Part shown: positions 1 to 11,756 of the stretch, piece after piece
How positions within the stretch are numbered: the stretch's first letter is position 1
How the letters are laid out: each line of letters opens with the position of its first letter
Notes under the pieces: generated by a model
The model's input: the letters and a program-made list of their open reading frames with translations, nothing else
Databases searched by the model: none
Told to the model about the DNA's origin: nothing
Translations under genes and position numbers: made by a program
Assembly: GCA_000004985.1 (NCBI GenBank)
Contig: GG738919.1
Origin: Naegleria gruberi
Lineage: Eukaryota
Strand: one strand, 5' to 3'
DNA: 64,000 nucleotides

Positions 1-180
1 TTTGTTACTCAACAATAATTGTAAATAATAAAACTATTCTATTTATTAAATTCTGAGTAGTGACTTTATTTCTCTATAATATACCTTAATTTCTTATATT
101 TAACAAAATACAACTGCAATGGAATAAGATTTTTCCTAAGAGGAACCACTCTGGTGAAACAAGTATAATAAATAATTGTA

Positions 181-2377
181 TTAAGCATAAAATAACATCT
201 TTTCCCATTCTTTCGATTCATTCAGTGAGGTCAAGCTTCCACATCTATATCCTCCTCTGCCAGTCAAATGCCATGAAATTTTATCTTTGCCTTCTGAAAG
301 ATCAGCAGTACCTAGTTGAACTAGAGACGATCCAGAGAAACCAAATGAGTGATTCTTCCAGTGATAAAAGAAACATCCATTCTCCTTAGTGGTTTCATTT
401 TCAAATGTTTCTCTCAAAACCTTTTGCTTCATACCCATAGCACAAAGTGCCAAAGCAGAAGAATTCTTGTGACGAGCGCCTATCAGAATACGAGTTCCTT
501 TGATAGCTTGAATATCTGCTTCACTAGTTGGGTGATGGTATGGTTTGTGATAGTAGAGACACCAACCTTTCAGCTTACTAATTGGTACATCAGTACAAAC
601 ACCGCTGACATAGAAAAGAGAACCTTCTCTGACTTTGAGACGAGCTGAATTGAACAAGTCAACTCTGTTTTGAAGTGAGTGAGCTCTGTAAGCTTCAAGT
701 AATAATTCACTTGGGACAACCTTTGAAATTTCCACAAATTCATACAATTCAATAGGATCCAAAGTTGGGAATCTAACATTATGTAAAATATCGTACAATA
801 GTTTGGCCAATTGTTGGCAGAAACTCTTATCGTGTGTATAATTGACAATCTTGAGAATTCTTTCCTTCTTTTGCTTCAATTCATCTGCATCTTGTTTGCG
901 AGAGGCAGAAGGATTGGTTAACATAATTTCAGGATTGAGTGTACTATATGCTAAGGTGTCAACTTCCTCTTCATATTCATCATCTTCATCCACAACATCC
1001 TTATCTGTTTCATCATCATCGTCATGTTTTGGATTGAGTTCAGAAATTGATAATTCTGGACTTGGTTGTGGAGCTTTCTGTTCTGAAATTGAAAGATTTC
1101 TCTCAGTCAAACTCTCTGTCAGCCCAGATTTCTTCAAATGATCTGGAAGATTTTCCTTCGAAAGTACCTTACTAGAACCATCCATTCCATAAGAGATGAC
1201 AGTCTTAGTTGGAGTTGAAGTACTTCCAACACTATTCTGATGACCTGAAGCAACATGTGTCTGTACAGTAATTTGATTTGCACCTGATTTTGGTGAAACA
1301 ATTTGCACACCCATTCTGTGAATTAATTGATGTTTTCCCCAAATAACGACAGCAATGAAAATATCCAATTCACCCAAGTGAATCTTGTCAGATTTTAACA
1401 AGTCAATCAGGGTTTCCTTTGTAATGTTTAAAAAGCTTTCCGAGAAGAACATTTGATTTGCATTTTCTTCCAAATATTCTTTACAGTACTTTCTCAATTC
1501 TAATAGTTTAGGATAAACGTCAATGACAAAAATACATACCATCAAAGTTATGGAATGATGATTCTTCCAAAACATCAAATACATTATCGGCTGATACACA
1601 ATCCTTCACATATTCAATACATTTCTCCTTCACTATTTGTACACCCAACTCATCACTCAATTTCAAAACACCAAATGCATTAAAATGATTAATATTAATC
1701 ACAGCTGAATAAAAGAAATCCAACAAGCACTTGAAATCATCTGGTCTCTTATCTGGAAACTTTAAATAACCCTGCATACAGTCTTTCATTTGTGAGTGGA
1801 ATAGTTTACTGAAATATTCACAACGAGCACATAAAATAGCTCTGTGTACTTTAAATTCCACAACAGAGCAGTCATCTGATGGATAATACTTGTTTTTAAA
1901 CTTGTCAGAGCTATTAGTTGTCTTGTAAGGTTTATCCTCTTCCATACTTCCAATCAATTTTGAAGGACCCACAACAATTGTCAAATCGGACATTATTTCC
2001 GATTCGAATAGTTTCATAATATCTTGTCTATATTGTTGTAAAAGTAATAAATCAAAAGAAGGATCCTTCTGTGTGGTCGATGAATTTGGTTTCCCAATAG
2101 AAATAGTTCTACTTCTAGCTGATGATGCTGATGAAGTTCCTGTGGTCAATCCAGTAACTCCCAACTTGGGAACAGCAGTTGTTGGTGTGGTGACACTTGT
2201 TGTTGCAGTCACTACTATTGAAGTAGCACCACTTGCAGAGGCAGCTGTACTTGCGAGAGTAGATGATGCTGAAGTTGTAGTAGGAGTCAATGTTGAGGAT
2301 GGTGTTGTTACAGTGCTGGGAGTCGATGATGATGATGAGGAAGTAACAGCAGTAGTGGAGGCGCTTGGAAGAGTCAT
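181..2377 (-). CDS. BTB/POZ-BACK domain protein with S/T-rich N-terminus and a C-terminal globular domain of uncertain family; two exons joined by one short intron
   Basis: ORF 1520..2377 gives a poly-Ser/Thr N-terminus followed by a BTB domain (HRAILCARCEYFSKLF...). ORF 181..1599 continues with BACK-like sequence (FLNITKETLIDLLKSD...IFIAVVIWGKH) and a C-terminal domain (GWCLYYH..ILIGARH..GCFFYHW..GYRCG). The frames are joined by a minus-strand GTATGT donor at 1539/1538. The acceptor is at plus 1467 or 1479, giving an intron of 61-73 nt. True ATG at 2375-2377; TAA stop at 181-183. Confidence 0.7.
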
Positions 2378-2756
2378 TGATAATTGTTCTCTCTAGATGT
2401 AAATATTTACAAAGTGACTATGGTGGTTTGTTCTTTCCAAAATCAACTAAACACAAGCAGTAAATTGTTAGTAGTTGTTGATTCAGTGTGGTGCCTTCGG
2501 AAAAGTGGAGGATTTGATTTTGTTTTTTAATTTTTTAAAATCATTATCGCGTGATGTTTGATCCGAATCAGCACCAAGAGAAGTGAAGAAATTGGAACTG
2601 TGCTGAGGAAATTCGCAGAACACGATTTTACTGTTCTTTGTTATATTAAGGAGCACGATAATGTTAGATTCACTTTGGTGATTGTGTTGATCTAGTTCAC
2701 ACAAGAGAATGATTGCCAAATGTTTGTGATTCAGTCATTTTTGATGTGAGCTCGTA

Positions 2757-3952
2757 TTAAACTTTGAATAATTGCAGCTTGTTATTGGGAAGAAGTGTTT
2801 GCCAGTGACTCAGGAATTGAAGTAGAGTTTTTGAACCATGTTTGAAGAGGTAGGAAATGAGGGAGTGGAGTGTATCATGATCGGAGGAGAGTAGTTTCTT
2901 TGTAATTTGAATCATTACAAAGTTAGTCCAAGAATTCGACAATTCGGCAAGTAAGAGTATGAGATAATGAGAAAGATTGCAGTCGAGGAGACTAATCTCA
3001 CCTGTATCGAAAATTCTACTGACATACTTGGATTGTTGTTTCCAATTTGAAAGAATGTTTGGTAATTCCTCAAGAAGGAGATTTGAAAATGTGTCCAAAT
3101 GTTGGGAAGAAAGGTCAGTGATGGAAAGAATCAATGTTTCCAATCCTCTACTATTGCTTGCCACAATTTTACATAAACGTTTGAAAAATTTGGAAATTCC
3201 AGAGCTGTACATTTCTGACAGTATTTCTAATTGTGAAGTAATTAATTTCACCTGGACAAAGGAGACATGTCTACATTTCACACAATATTCCAAAGAACTT
3301 GTATAGTAATTGGTGTTCACCTCTAGTAAAGGAAAATTATCTACATGTGAAACTGCATTAGAAAATAATTGAGAGAATTGACATTCCTTCTCAAACATCT
3401 GTTCCAAGTAGTTATCCAATATTCCAAACTATTTAAACTACTCACATCAGTAATCATATTCAAAATATTCACAATTGGAGGCTCATCCGATTTCTCCTCA
3501 TCAAAATTAATTTCTGTCTCTTCCTCTGCCCCTTCTGTATTAAAATCATCATCAGTTGCTGTTGTATCCTCATCCTCTTCTTGTTCATCATCTTCCATCA
3601 AATAATCAAAAGCAGTCTTCTCAGTCACTCCTGTTGTCTCTTTCGATTGTTGCAACATTGTCAATTGTAAGTTCATCCAATCCTGTATAATTCTCGTATA
3701 TAATGCATAATCCTCTTGTTTTCCACTAAACATTGAATTTCCAACATGACGAAAACAACTCGTCAGAAACAACTCTGTTAATCCAACAAGATTGCTCTTA
3801 ATATTCAATAAATTCTTCAACAATTTTACTCTATTCAAATCCTCCAAATAATCCACAGCACTTTCCCTCTCATCAAATTTCCTACACCAATCCAAAGCCA
3901 ATTCATAATCTAATTCCGAAGAAGGCTTGTTTCCATTCGTCGGAACGAACAC
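2757..3952 (-). CDS. hypothetical acidic protein, two exons
   Basis: ORFs 3341..3952 and 2757..3419 are joined by a minus-strand GTGAGT donor (plus 3440-3445) and a CAG acceptor (plus 3399-3400). This gives a 47-nt intron, and exon 2 begins ATGTTTGAGAAG. The upstream ORF starts on GTG, not ATG, so a further 5' exon or start in 3953-4100 is likely. The 5' end is unresolved. Confidence 0.45.
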
Positions 3953-4653
3953 ACTATTTACAAACCTTTAATATTCTTCCCTCTGAAAGATTTTAATGGA
4001 ATGGTACTTTGCATGAGAATTCCTTCCAATTGTTGAGTGGTTTCTTCCTCTTCATCAAGTTGCAACATTTTTTTTTTAATTTTTAATTTTATTTCCACTT
4101 TTAATCAGAAAATGATTTTGTAAAAATTGTTGAGAGTTGTATTCCAACAGTTGATTGTAAAGACCCAATGCATTTTTCAATCAATAATGGACCTTTACAA
4201 ATGGCCAATTCATCCAAATCTTTTCATTTTTGACTCTTGATCAGAGAAATCAAAACTAGATTTGTCTCTTTTTGTATTTTACATCATCTCTTGCTTTCAT
4301 ATTCCAAACACCAAATCAATTCTCTAAAAATCCCAATAGATCATGGATTTCGCAAAACTCCTCATTCTCAATCTACCTTTTCGAAATCATTCTTCTCCAA
4401 TCGCTTCCTTATGCAGTACCTTTTATGATGTTTTGTGGTGCGGATTCTTTCTTACTACCACCAACACTTTGCGCCAACAAACAACCTTTCATCATTAAAA
4501 AAAAAACAAATACAATCGTCGCTTATTTTTCTGCAACACACAACTTTGAGGAGAGAAATCATATTTCAAGGGTTTGAGAAAACGCATCATCTATTGTTCT
4601 TTTATTTAAAAAAAGTTCACGTTTAGACAGTATTGTGGAAAAAGAGATAGAAA

Positions 4654-7188
4654 ATGGTTGTGGATAATAGCGATAGTAGAACAAGTCTTCGAGTGAATGA
4701 ATCAGAGTTACGAGTGCCTTCTGCAGAATTATTAGAAATGGATAGTAATATGTCGAGTTTTTCGGGCTCGTTTGATATTGCCATCGGAGGAGGAGGAAAT
4801 AAACAATATGAAGACAACTATGATGAAAGGTCAACTACTCGTTCACATAGTAATAGCACTGCAAAGGAAAAGGCAATTTCTGTGCTGCAGAAGAAGTTTG
4901 ACATTAAAAATTTATTTAATAATGAAGAGATGGAAAAGAGAGATAAAGTGGGTTGGCTAAACTCTATTCGATTCAAGACTCTAACAATATTACTCTTGCT
5001 GTTCTTTGTGACAGTGTTGGCTTGTCTGGTAATATTGATCGTTGCCTTCCATTTATCATATACGAGGGTTGAGTACAATTCGGTGGTGGAAGCAAGTGTT
5101 AGAGTATCTCGAGGAATACACGAATATTATAGTGGTCTGTATGTTAAACTTTTGGAATATGCACCATGGGATTCAACTTTGAATCTGTTTGTGAATGTGA
5201 CCTATGAGGATGGTACCACAATTGAGCCAAGTCCTGAACTGGTTGACCAATATTTTACAAACAACATTTTTTGTTCATATATGAGCAATGTTAACTTGTC
5301 ACTTGTTGCTCTGTATTATTTGAACGGAACTAAATTAAGGAGTATGGCTTGCTTTAACTCAACATTGGAGGAGAGTTTACCTGAAGAATTGGAAAATCTT
5401 TCGCCAGATCATTATCTCATTAAGGATATGTCAGTAACATCAACTAGGAGAGCTACCTATATGAAGCCATCATCAAACAATGTAAATCACTCTAATGACA
5501 TGTTAATGCTCGTGGCAATGCCGGTACTGAGCTCGGATTATTCATCAGAATCTGGAGGTGTTATGGTATTCGGAAGATACCAGAACGCTGATGCTATTCA
5601 TGCATTAACTACCAAGACTCAACTTTGTATATCATTTTATAATTACAATTCTTCGAGCGATCAGCTTGTTGTTGAAAAATCAACATCAACAAGTGCTAAA
5701 CAATTCGATTCTGTTGTTTCTTCAAGTGAAGCATTGCAGGTAGATGTAGAAGATGACAGCTGGGTGTTACAATCAGCAATATATGTTTCTACATTTGATT
5801 CTGCAGATGCTGTGGCGACTACAAATAGGTATTGTTATTCTACCAAGACTAAAAATTCTGGAATGACTCCAGAAGCCATTGATGGTGAAAGAATGTCTGC
5901 TTATCAAATCATGTCTGATATTAATGGAGAAAAGACAATTCTCGTTAGAACAGACATGTCTAGAAAAATTTACACTAATGGAATCAATTCTTTCCTTATT
6001 ACTTGGGGAGTAATGACAGTCATGTTAATTATCCTTTCTGTAGCTGTAATGGCCTTTATTGAGCTAGTGGTGCTGAGAAGAATGGTGAGATTAACTAATT
6101 CAGTCGTTAAAATTACAAACAATTGGGAAACTGTTGTGATGAACGGCTCTAGAATTCCCAAATATACCCAAGACGAAATTGGTAGATTGGCAAACCGCGT
6201 TAATTTAATGCTTGGAGTTTTGGAAAAGTCCTATCAACACTTACAAAAGGATCACGAAAATGCTCAATCTCTATTAGATCGAACCTCTCTTGAGGAACAA
6301 AAATATAGACAAGTGTTGAATGCTATATCAGATTTCATTATTACCATTGATTCTAAAGATGGTAAAATATTGAATTATAACACATCATTCCAGGCTAAAA
6401 TCATGACCAGAGTGGTAAATGAGGCCACAGAGAAGAAGGTCACCAACAAGGCAATTAATGAATACTTTGACTCCAAGCCAACCATGCAAGAGTTGCTTGG
6501 TAGGATGGAGGACATTTGTTCTGGCACAGCCAAGATTTGGGAAACTAATTTTGTTTCAAGATACAATGCTCTCATACCCATTCATGTAAATTGTAGTAAG
6601 GTGAAGATTGTCATTGATGGAGGAGAAATTGTGGATGCATTTGTTCTGTTGGCAAGAAATATGGCCGACCAGTACGAACTTCAAAAGACAATCAAGACTC
6701 AACAAGAACAATTCTCAGAGCAAAGAATGAATTTCGAGTTTGACTATTATTGGAAGAATAAGGAAATGAAAGAAAAGTTGAGAATATTCTGTATTAATGA
6801 GAAATCATACGAAAATTGCCTATTCCTTGAAGAAGTTGAAGCATATAGAAAGATTAAACGTACACATAACCGTGTCAAGAAGCAACAGGAAATAATTGCC
6901 AAATTCCTGACAAAGGATGCCAAATATGAGCTCAATATTTCTAAAGAGGAAGAGTTTACAATCGTTTCTAAAATAAGGGATGGATATGGGCAGATAGATT
7001 TGTTGGATAAACTGTTTTCCATTGTACGGGGAATGTTTTATAGAGATACATTCCAAAGATTCCTCAAAGAATTGGATCAAGAGAATGAGTCCACTACTTC
7101 ATCTAGTGGATTGGACGTAGACGAAACATCAGATACAATCTCATCTTCCACATCCTTCACTGATTTCACTGGTCCTACAGATAAATAG
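4654..7188 (+). CDS. receptor-like membrane protein: N-terminal cytosolic tail, TM1, ~310-aa extracytoplasmic N-glycosylated sensor region, TM2, HAMP, PAS, C-terminal RGS (regulator of G-protein signalling) domain
   Basis: Single 844-aa ORF with an ATG start. Two hydrophobic helices (LTILLLLFFVTVLACLVILIVAF and FLITWGVMTVMLIILSVAVMAFIELVVL). HAMP signature DEIGRLANRVNLMLGVL directly after TM2. PAS-like core (VLNAISDFIITIDSKDGKILNYNTSF...ARNMADQ). RGS motifs (RIFCINEKSYENCLFLEEVEAYRK; KYELNISKEEEFTI; FYRDTFQRFLKE). Confidence 0.75.
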   Translation: MVVDNSDSRTSLRVNESELRVPSAELLEMDSNMSSFSGSFDIAIGGGGNKQYEDNYDERSTTRSHSNSTAKEKAISVLQKKFDIKNLFNNEEMEKRDKVGWLNSIRFKTLTILLLLFFVTVLACLVILIVAFHLSYTRVEYNSVVEASVRVSRGIHEYYSGLYVKLLEYAPWDSTLNLFVNVTYEDGTTIEPSPELVDQYFTNNIFCSYMSNVNLSLVALYYLNGTKLRSMACFNSTLEESLPEELENLSPDHYLIKDMSVTSTRRATYMKPSSNNVNHSNDMLMLVAMPVLSSDYSSESGGVMVFGRYQNADAIHALTTKTQLCISFYNYNSSSDQLVVEKSTSTSAKQFDSVVSSSEALQVDVEDDSWVLQSAIYVSTFDSADAVATTNRYCYSTKTKNSGMTPEAIDGERMSAYQIMSDINGEKTILVRTDMSRKIYTNGINSFLITWGVMTVMLIILSVAVMAFIELVVLRRMVRLTNSVVKITNNWETVVMNGSRIPKYTQDEIGRLANRVNLMLGVLEKSYQHLQKDHENAQSLLDRTSLEEQKYRQVLNAISDFIITIDSKDGKILNYNTSFQAKIMTRVVNEATEKKVTNKAINEYFDSKPTMQELLGRMEDICSGTAKIWETNFVSRYNALIPIHVNCSKVKIVIDGGEIVDAFVLLARNMADQYELQKTIKTQQEQFSEQRMNFEFDYYWKNKEMKEKLRIFCINEKSYENCLFLEEVEAYRKIKRTHNRVKKQQEIIAKFLTKDAKYELNISKEEEFTIVSKIRDGYGQIDLLDKLFSIVRGMFYRDTFQRFLKELDQENESTTSSSGLDVDETSDTISSSTSFTDFTGPTDK

Positions 7189-7415
7189 GTAATAATTATG
7201 AAGAAATAATCGCTTTTGTAAAGAAATCCATTTGAAATTTGGAAAAACTTGATTTTATGACAAGTAAGAATTACCTAGTTCCATTAGTAAAAATAAAATC
7301 TGTCAATTCATCTATCTGCATTGTGTTGTTCTTAAAGTAGAGAGTCTTTTTCAGAGTTTCTTCAAATGATTCGAAATAGAGCAAATCAAAAATATCATTG
7401 CCTAGAACTTTTGCA

Positions 7416-8510
7416 TTATGTTTGGAAAAGAGTTTGAATATTTCCAAGAATTTTTCGTAGTCTGCCTGTGTAGCAATAGCATGTGCGTGGTGGTTTCATG
7501 TTTGAGAAATAGTTGCAAATATCAATGATAATTTGCCTTTTATCTGACAAGTTCGTCACCATATGTAAAAGTGGTTCGTATGTGAGTGGATTATCTAAAT
7601 ATCTCCAAAACTTGCCAAATAATTCCACTGGTATTGGATAATCATTTGCAAGTCTACTGCTTGCGTAAATAAAATCTCTGTTCAATAGTTTAAAATACTT
7701 GGCACATTCATTCATTGAATTAACCACAACAATAAGTGCTTTCATGTAAGGATTTTTTGAGGTTGCCTTTTCATCATGAATATTTTTCAAAGGTTTTACA
7801 AGATTTTTGTAAACTTCTTTGAAAGCCACCAAAATATTACCCGGAATTTTATACCTCAAATTTGATTCACTTCCATAGCCATACTTTCCCCAATTTTCCA
7901 AAATGATCTTTGAAGCATGTCTGTAATTTCTACAAAATTCCATAAAATTCTCATTCGTTACCGTCACATCCAAATACTTTTGAATTTTATACTCTACACT
8001 AACCCTAATTCGTTCCTCCTCAAATTCCTTTCCAATTCTTTTCAAGTTCTTACTCATCATTGGATTATAATGTACAAATAACTTTTCCAATTCTCTATAA
8101 ATATCATCAAAGCTATTTCTTCTACCGTGACTCAATTTCAATGTCCCAGGAATACTCTCTATAAATCTCATCTTTAAATAAATTCCAAATCGTGCAATCC
8201 CAAACTCATCACCAAATAAATGTTTAATCGGGAGAGAACAATAAGAAAATCCATCACTATATCCAACACTAGATGAAGAGCCAGATCCGGAGCCAGATCC
8301 ACCACTGTCACCATTAGAAACATTAGATAATGATGATAAACCAAGGCTAATTGTCTCTTGTAATTGTGTTGGCAAATAATAGTCAACAGTTACAAAGCAA
8401 AATATTAAAGGCTTGAGTGAAACAAAATCCAAATAACGCAAAATATCAAAAATCAACTCGGCGGGAACCTGTCGTAATATTCCATGGTACTGTTGTTGTG
8501 ATGAGGACAT
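7416..8510 (-). CDS. hypothetical protein with N-terminal F-box-like motif
   Basis: 364-aa ORF with an ATG start (plus cat at 8508-8510). N-terminus VPAELIFDILRYLDFVSLKPL resembles an F-box. The rest is unrecognised. A 3' continuation beyond 7416 is not excluded. Confidence 0.5.
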   Translation of the reverse strand: MSSSQQQYHGILRQVPAELIFDILRYLDFVSLKPLIFCFVTVDYYLPTQLQETISLGLSSLSNVSNGDSGGSGSGSGSSSSVGYSDGFSYCSLPIKHLFGDEFGIARFGIYLKMRFIESIPGTLKLSHGRRNSFDDIYRELEKLFVHYNPMMSKNLKRIGKEFEEERIRVSVEYKIQKYLDVTVTNENFMEFCRNYRHASKIILENWGKYGYGSESNLRYKIPGNILVAFKEVYKNLVKPLKNIHDEKATSKNPYMKALIVVVNSMNECAKYFKLLNRDFIYASSRLANDYPIPVELFGKFWRYLDNPLTYEPLLHMVTNLSDKRQIIIDICNYFSNMKPPRTCYCYTGRLRKILGNIQTLFQT

Positions 8511-9049
8511 TTTTTTGTAATGTTGTTGTCACTTGTAATGTTGTTTGTTTTAAAACGTTCAGATTCAAAATTTACCATCAGTTGAGGAAATACTTTACTT
8601 CCCACTTTCCAGCTAGCTTCCAACCCACAAAAATAAGAGTTTTTAACAATACACATTACAATTAGTTGAAAAGTTGAATAGAACATCCCAAATTTGGGAA
8701 CAGTTCCTGAAACCAAATCCTCTTTTAGCTCAACTGTATTAAGAACGAACAAAACCTCAACATTATATTGTGCTACCTTTCAATTCGACTGTATTGATGA
8801 AGATAACTCACTGAAGTACCACATGCTTATGTTCTAATCAGAGAAGGCATTTAATTTTGGAAAAACAAATCATTCAAATTGAATATTACCGTATTGAAAA
8901 AGTGTTTGCAGTGAAGAGTGAGGATCCACTAGTCATGCCTGAGGTTGCTACCAATCAAAATTATTATTTGGCAGCTTTCATTGTTCCATTTGTGGTGTTA
9001 TTTATTTTGAAAGTCAATAATAATAAATTCGAAAACTTGTTAATAAAAA

Positions 9050-10078
9050 ATGTCTCAACTGAATCCACTTCCCTCGGACATGATCTTTCACATGATGCAA
9101 TTTTGTGATTTTGATCAGATGGCAGTTGTCATGATGGTTTCTTGTCAATGGTTCGGAGAGTCATTAAAATTTGAATTTGAAAAATCATATGCATCAATCG
9201 ATAGGAATAATTTTTCAGAGATTTGTTTACACCCATCATCATTGCTCATCACTAATCTTTCCATTTCACAAGCAACTTGTTCGTGGGATACATTGTTTGA
9301 ACTATTTTCTGAATCAAAATATTTGATAAATTTGAGATCATTATCCGTACATGGAAGAGATGAGACAGTTAATAAGATTGACAAGTTGTTTAAGGGGAAA
9401 ACTCTGAAAAATTTAACCTATTTGGATTTGGATAGAGTTAATATTGGTGATGATGGATTTAAGGCATTGGCTGATAGTCCTTATATCAAAAATTTAATTC
9501 ATTTGGAATCATTTTGGGGTGGGAATTCATATTTGACATCTAAATATATTTCAGAAAGTGAAAATTTCTCAAAATTGACATTTATTGACATTAGCAATAC
9601 ACAAAAGAGAAACTATGAAGGTTATATACATTTTTGTAAAAGTCAATTTCTGTCAAATTTGAAATCTATTTCATTTTCAAATGAAGCCGACGACACGTTG
9701 ATGGATTTATTGACACACAATACATACCTTACTAAACTTGAAAGAATCTATATGGATAGTGGGACTTTCACCCCTGATGGATTGAAAAAATACCTTAACA
9801 GTGAAAATGCTAAGAATATCACTGACCTATACTTGGATTATGCCGAATTGGGAGATGAAGGGATGAAAGTCATTGCTGAATGTCCAAATATGACCAACCT
9901 GAAAGAATTATCAATTGCAAATGCAAATATTAGCAATGTAGGAGCTCTATATTTATTGGAGAGCAAGTATCTGAAAAATCTTACAAGCTTAACACACAAA
10001 AGTAACGATCCATTTTATATGGGTCGTGATATTGATGAAGAAATGGATGCACTCTTGAAACAATCTTTTAAGAACTAA
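9050..10078 (+). CDS. F-box / leucine-rich-repeat (RNI-type LRR) protein
   Basis: ATG at 9050. N-terminal F-box-like sequence (LPSDMIFHMMQFCDFDQMAVVMMVSCQWF). Repeated LxxLxLxxNxIGDxG units follow (LTYLDLDRVNIGDDGFKALA; LYLDYAELGDEGMKVIA; LSIANANISNVGALYL). Confidence 0.6.
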   Translation: MSQLNPLPSDMIFHMMQFCDFDQMAVVMMVSCQWFGESLKFEFEKSYASIDRNNFSEICLHPSSLLITNLSISQATCSWDTLFELFSESKYLINLRSLSVHGRDETVNKIDKLFKGKTLKNLTYLDLDRVNIGDDGFKALADSPYIKNLIHLESFWGGNSYLTSKYISESENFSKLTFIDISNTQKRNYEGYIHFCKSQFLSNLKSISFSNEADDTLMDLLTHNTYLTKLERIYMDSGTFTPDGLKKYLNSENAKNITDLYLDYAELGDEGMKVIAECPNMTNLKELSIANANISNVGALYLLESKYLKNLTSLTHKSNDPFYMGRDIDEEMDALLKQSFKN

Positions 10079-10195
10079 TCAAGGGAATCAAACAAAATAC
10101 ATTACAAAAATTATCCTATGAAAATCTACGAATATCCACAAAGTTGTGGAAATTGATAAAAGGTAACCCTCCAACTTGATTCCAAAACAAAAAAA

Positions 10196-11656
10196 ATGAA
10201 ACGACACGATTCACATTCAACGGAGCATCTTTCGAAAAAAACCAAGCTAGATTGCTCCTCCCAATCTCTAATACACTTGACCAATGAAATACTGGCCAAT
10301 ATTTTCCTTTTTTTGGATCCAATCACCGATTTACTGCCAAATGTTATGGCTGTGTGTGAAAAGTTTTTTGAAATTTTGGGTGGGAAGGGAACATTGGACA
10401 CTAAACACATAATTTATGAAAAGATTATTCTCAAAAGTAGGATGAAATTGCATAGGGATCGTTTTGACAAGGCATACTTTGTTAGATTGGTTGATTTTGT
10501 GTCTAGAGCTGCTTGTGTGAACGCATGTAAAGTATTAAAATTGGGTAATAATTATGATGGGGATGAAGGATTGAGTTTAGTGTTGACAATTGATTTTTTC
10601 AAAAAATCAAAAGAAACTGGATGCTTTAATGGTTTGAAAAAGTTATCCTTGTTCAATATATCCATATTCAAGCAAATGAGCCAAAAAAACATCAAAATAT
10701 TGAAAGAATGGGTTTCAAGTTTGTCAAATTTGGAAGAATTACATCTAAATAATCTCATTCCACAAGATGTGATGAATGCTATTCTTATTGAATGTAAGAA
10801 TTTAAAACATTTGACATGCGTTAGTGGCAATTTGGCAATTAATGATGATATGGGACCATTTGCTCTGGAATCATTGGATATTTCCACTTCTGATGATAAT
10901 GACATCAACTATTCATTCTTTACCAGAACACCTCACCTAAAGAAGCTTGCAATTGGTTTTAACTATTGTTTTCCCAATACATTATTCTTGAATATTAGAG
11001 ATTATTGTAGAGAATTGACAGAGTTTTCATATGGTGAAAGAGATATGAATGAAACTGGGAATTTACAAATCATGATGCAAATGAATCAATTGGAAAAAGT
11101 CTGTATTAATACTCAGGAATTGGATCTGGACATTATTAGGCACATTGTAAACACCTTCAAGTTGAAAATGTTTCCAATTTCACTTGGTTCTGAAGGAGAT
11201 TTTAGTGATATTTTGGAGGTATTGGAGGAAACATTGGAACTCGTTGATGACTCCTACGTATTGTACCAAGCCAAACCTGAGACAAATTTTCTCCAAAAAT
11301 GTAAAAAGTTCAAACAAGCAAGAAGATTTCTGACATTTGGTGAGACATTGGAGAATAATCATGTCACCATAGGAGATCTATTCGAAGAATTACCTCTTCT
11401 TAATGAATTATTGTTAACTCTTTCTATTGAAAATATAAGAGAGCAATCATTGAAAGGAGCCAACCAAGCATTCAAACTCATTCATGGAAAGGAAGGAATT
11501 GTGAATGAATTGTTCAATGACACCACATTCTACACCAAGATTGAAACTCAAAGTAGAGGCTCACTTAAATTAAGAGTACGAATAGTTGATTTTGAAAACA
11601 TGGATTATGAACAAGATGAACAAGATGCAATATTCAAGATTTCACTTGTTAAATAG
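10196..11656 (+). CDS. F-box / LRR protein (second tandem member)
   Basis: ATG at 10196. F-box-like LIHLTNEILANIFLFLDPITDLL. LRR-like repeats (LKKLSLFNISIF, LEELHLNNLIP, LKHLTCVSGNLAIND). Confidence 0.55.
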   Translation: MKRHDSHSTEHLSKKTKLDCSSQSLIHLTNEILANIFLFLDPITDLLPNVMAVCEKFFEILGGKGTLDTKHIIYEKIILKSRMKLHRDRFDKAYFVRLVDFVSRAACVNACKVLKLGNNYDGDEGLSLVLTIDFFKKSKETGCFNGLKKLSLFNISIFKQMSQKNIKILKEWVSSLSNLEELHLNNLIPQDVMNAILIECKNLKHLTCVSGNLAINDDMGPFALESLDISTSDDNDINYSFFTRTPHLKKLAIGFNYCFPNTLFLNIRDYCRELTEFSYGERDMNETGNLQIMMQMNQLEKVCINTQELDLDIIRHIVNTFKLKMFPISLGSEGDFSDILEVLEETLELVDDSYVLYQAKPETNFLQKCKKFKQARRFLTFGETLENNHVTIGDLFEELPLLNELLLTLSIENIREQSLKGANQAFKLIHGKEGIVNELFNDTTFYTKIETQSRGSLKLRVRIVDFENMDYEQDEQDAIFKISLVK

Positions 11657-11756
11657 AAGTGGAGAAATCAACTCATCTTGATTTTGAGTACACAAAAGCG
11701 AAACTGTTCATTAAATATTTCCCTCCAAAAATAACGGAAAACAATTTATAAAAAAA

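Noticed and set aside
349-1141. Numerous 60-200-aa ORFs on the opposite strand of, or overlapping, long genes (e.g. 349..648, 842..1141, 2073..2396, 19815..20405, 55563..56332, 58708..59040)
   Set aside because: They lie antisense to, or out of frame within, strongly supported genes. They have low-complexity or hydrophobic-junk translations. They are shadow ORFs typical of AT-rich DNA.
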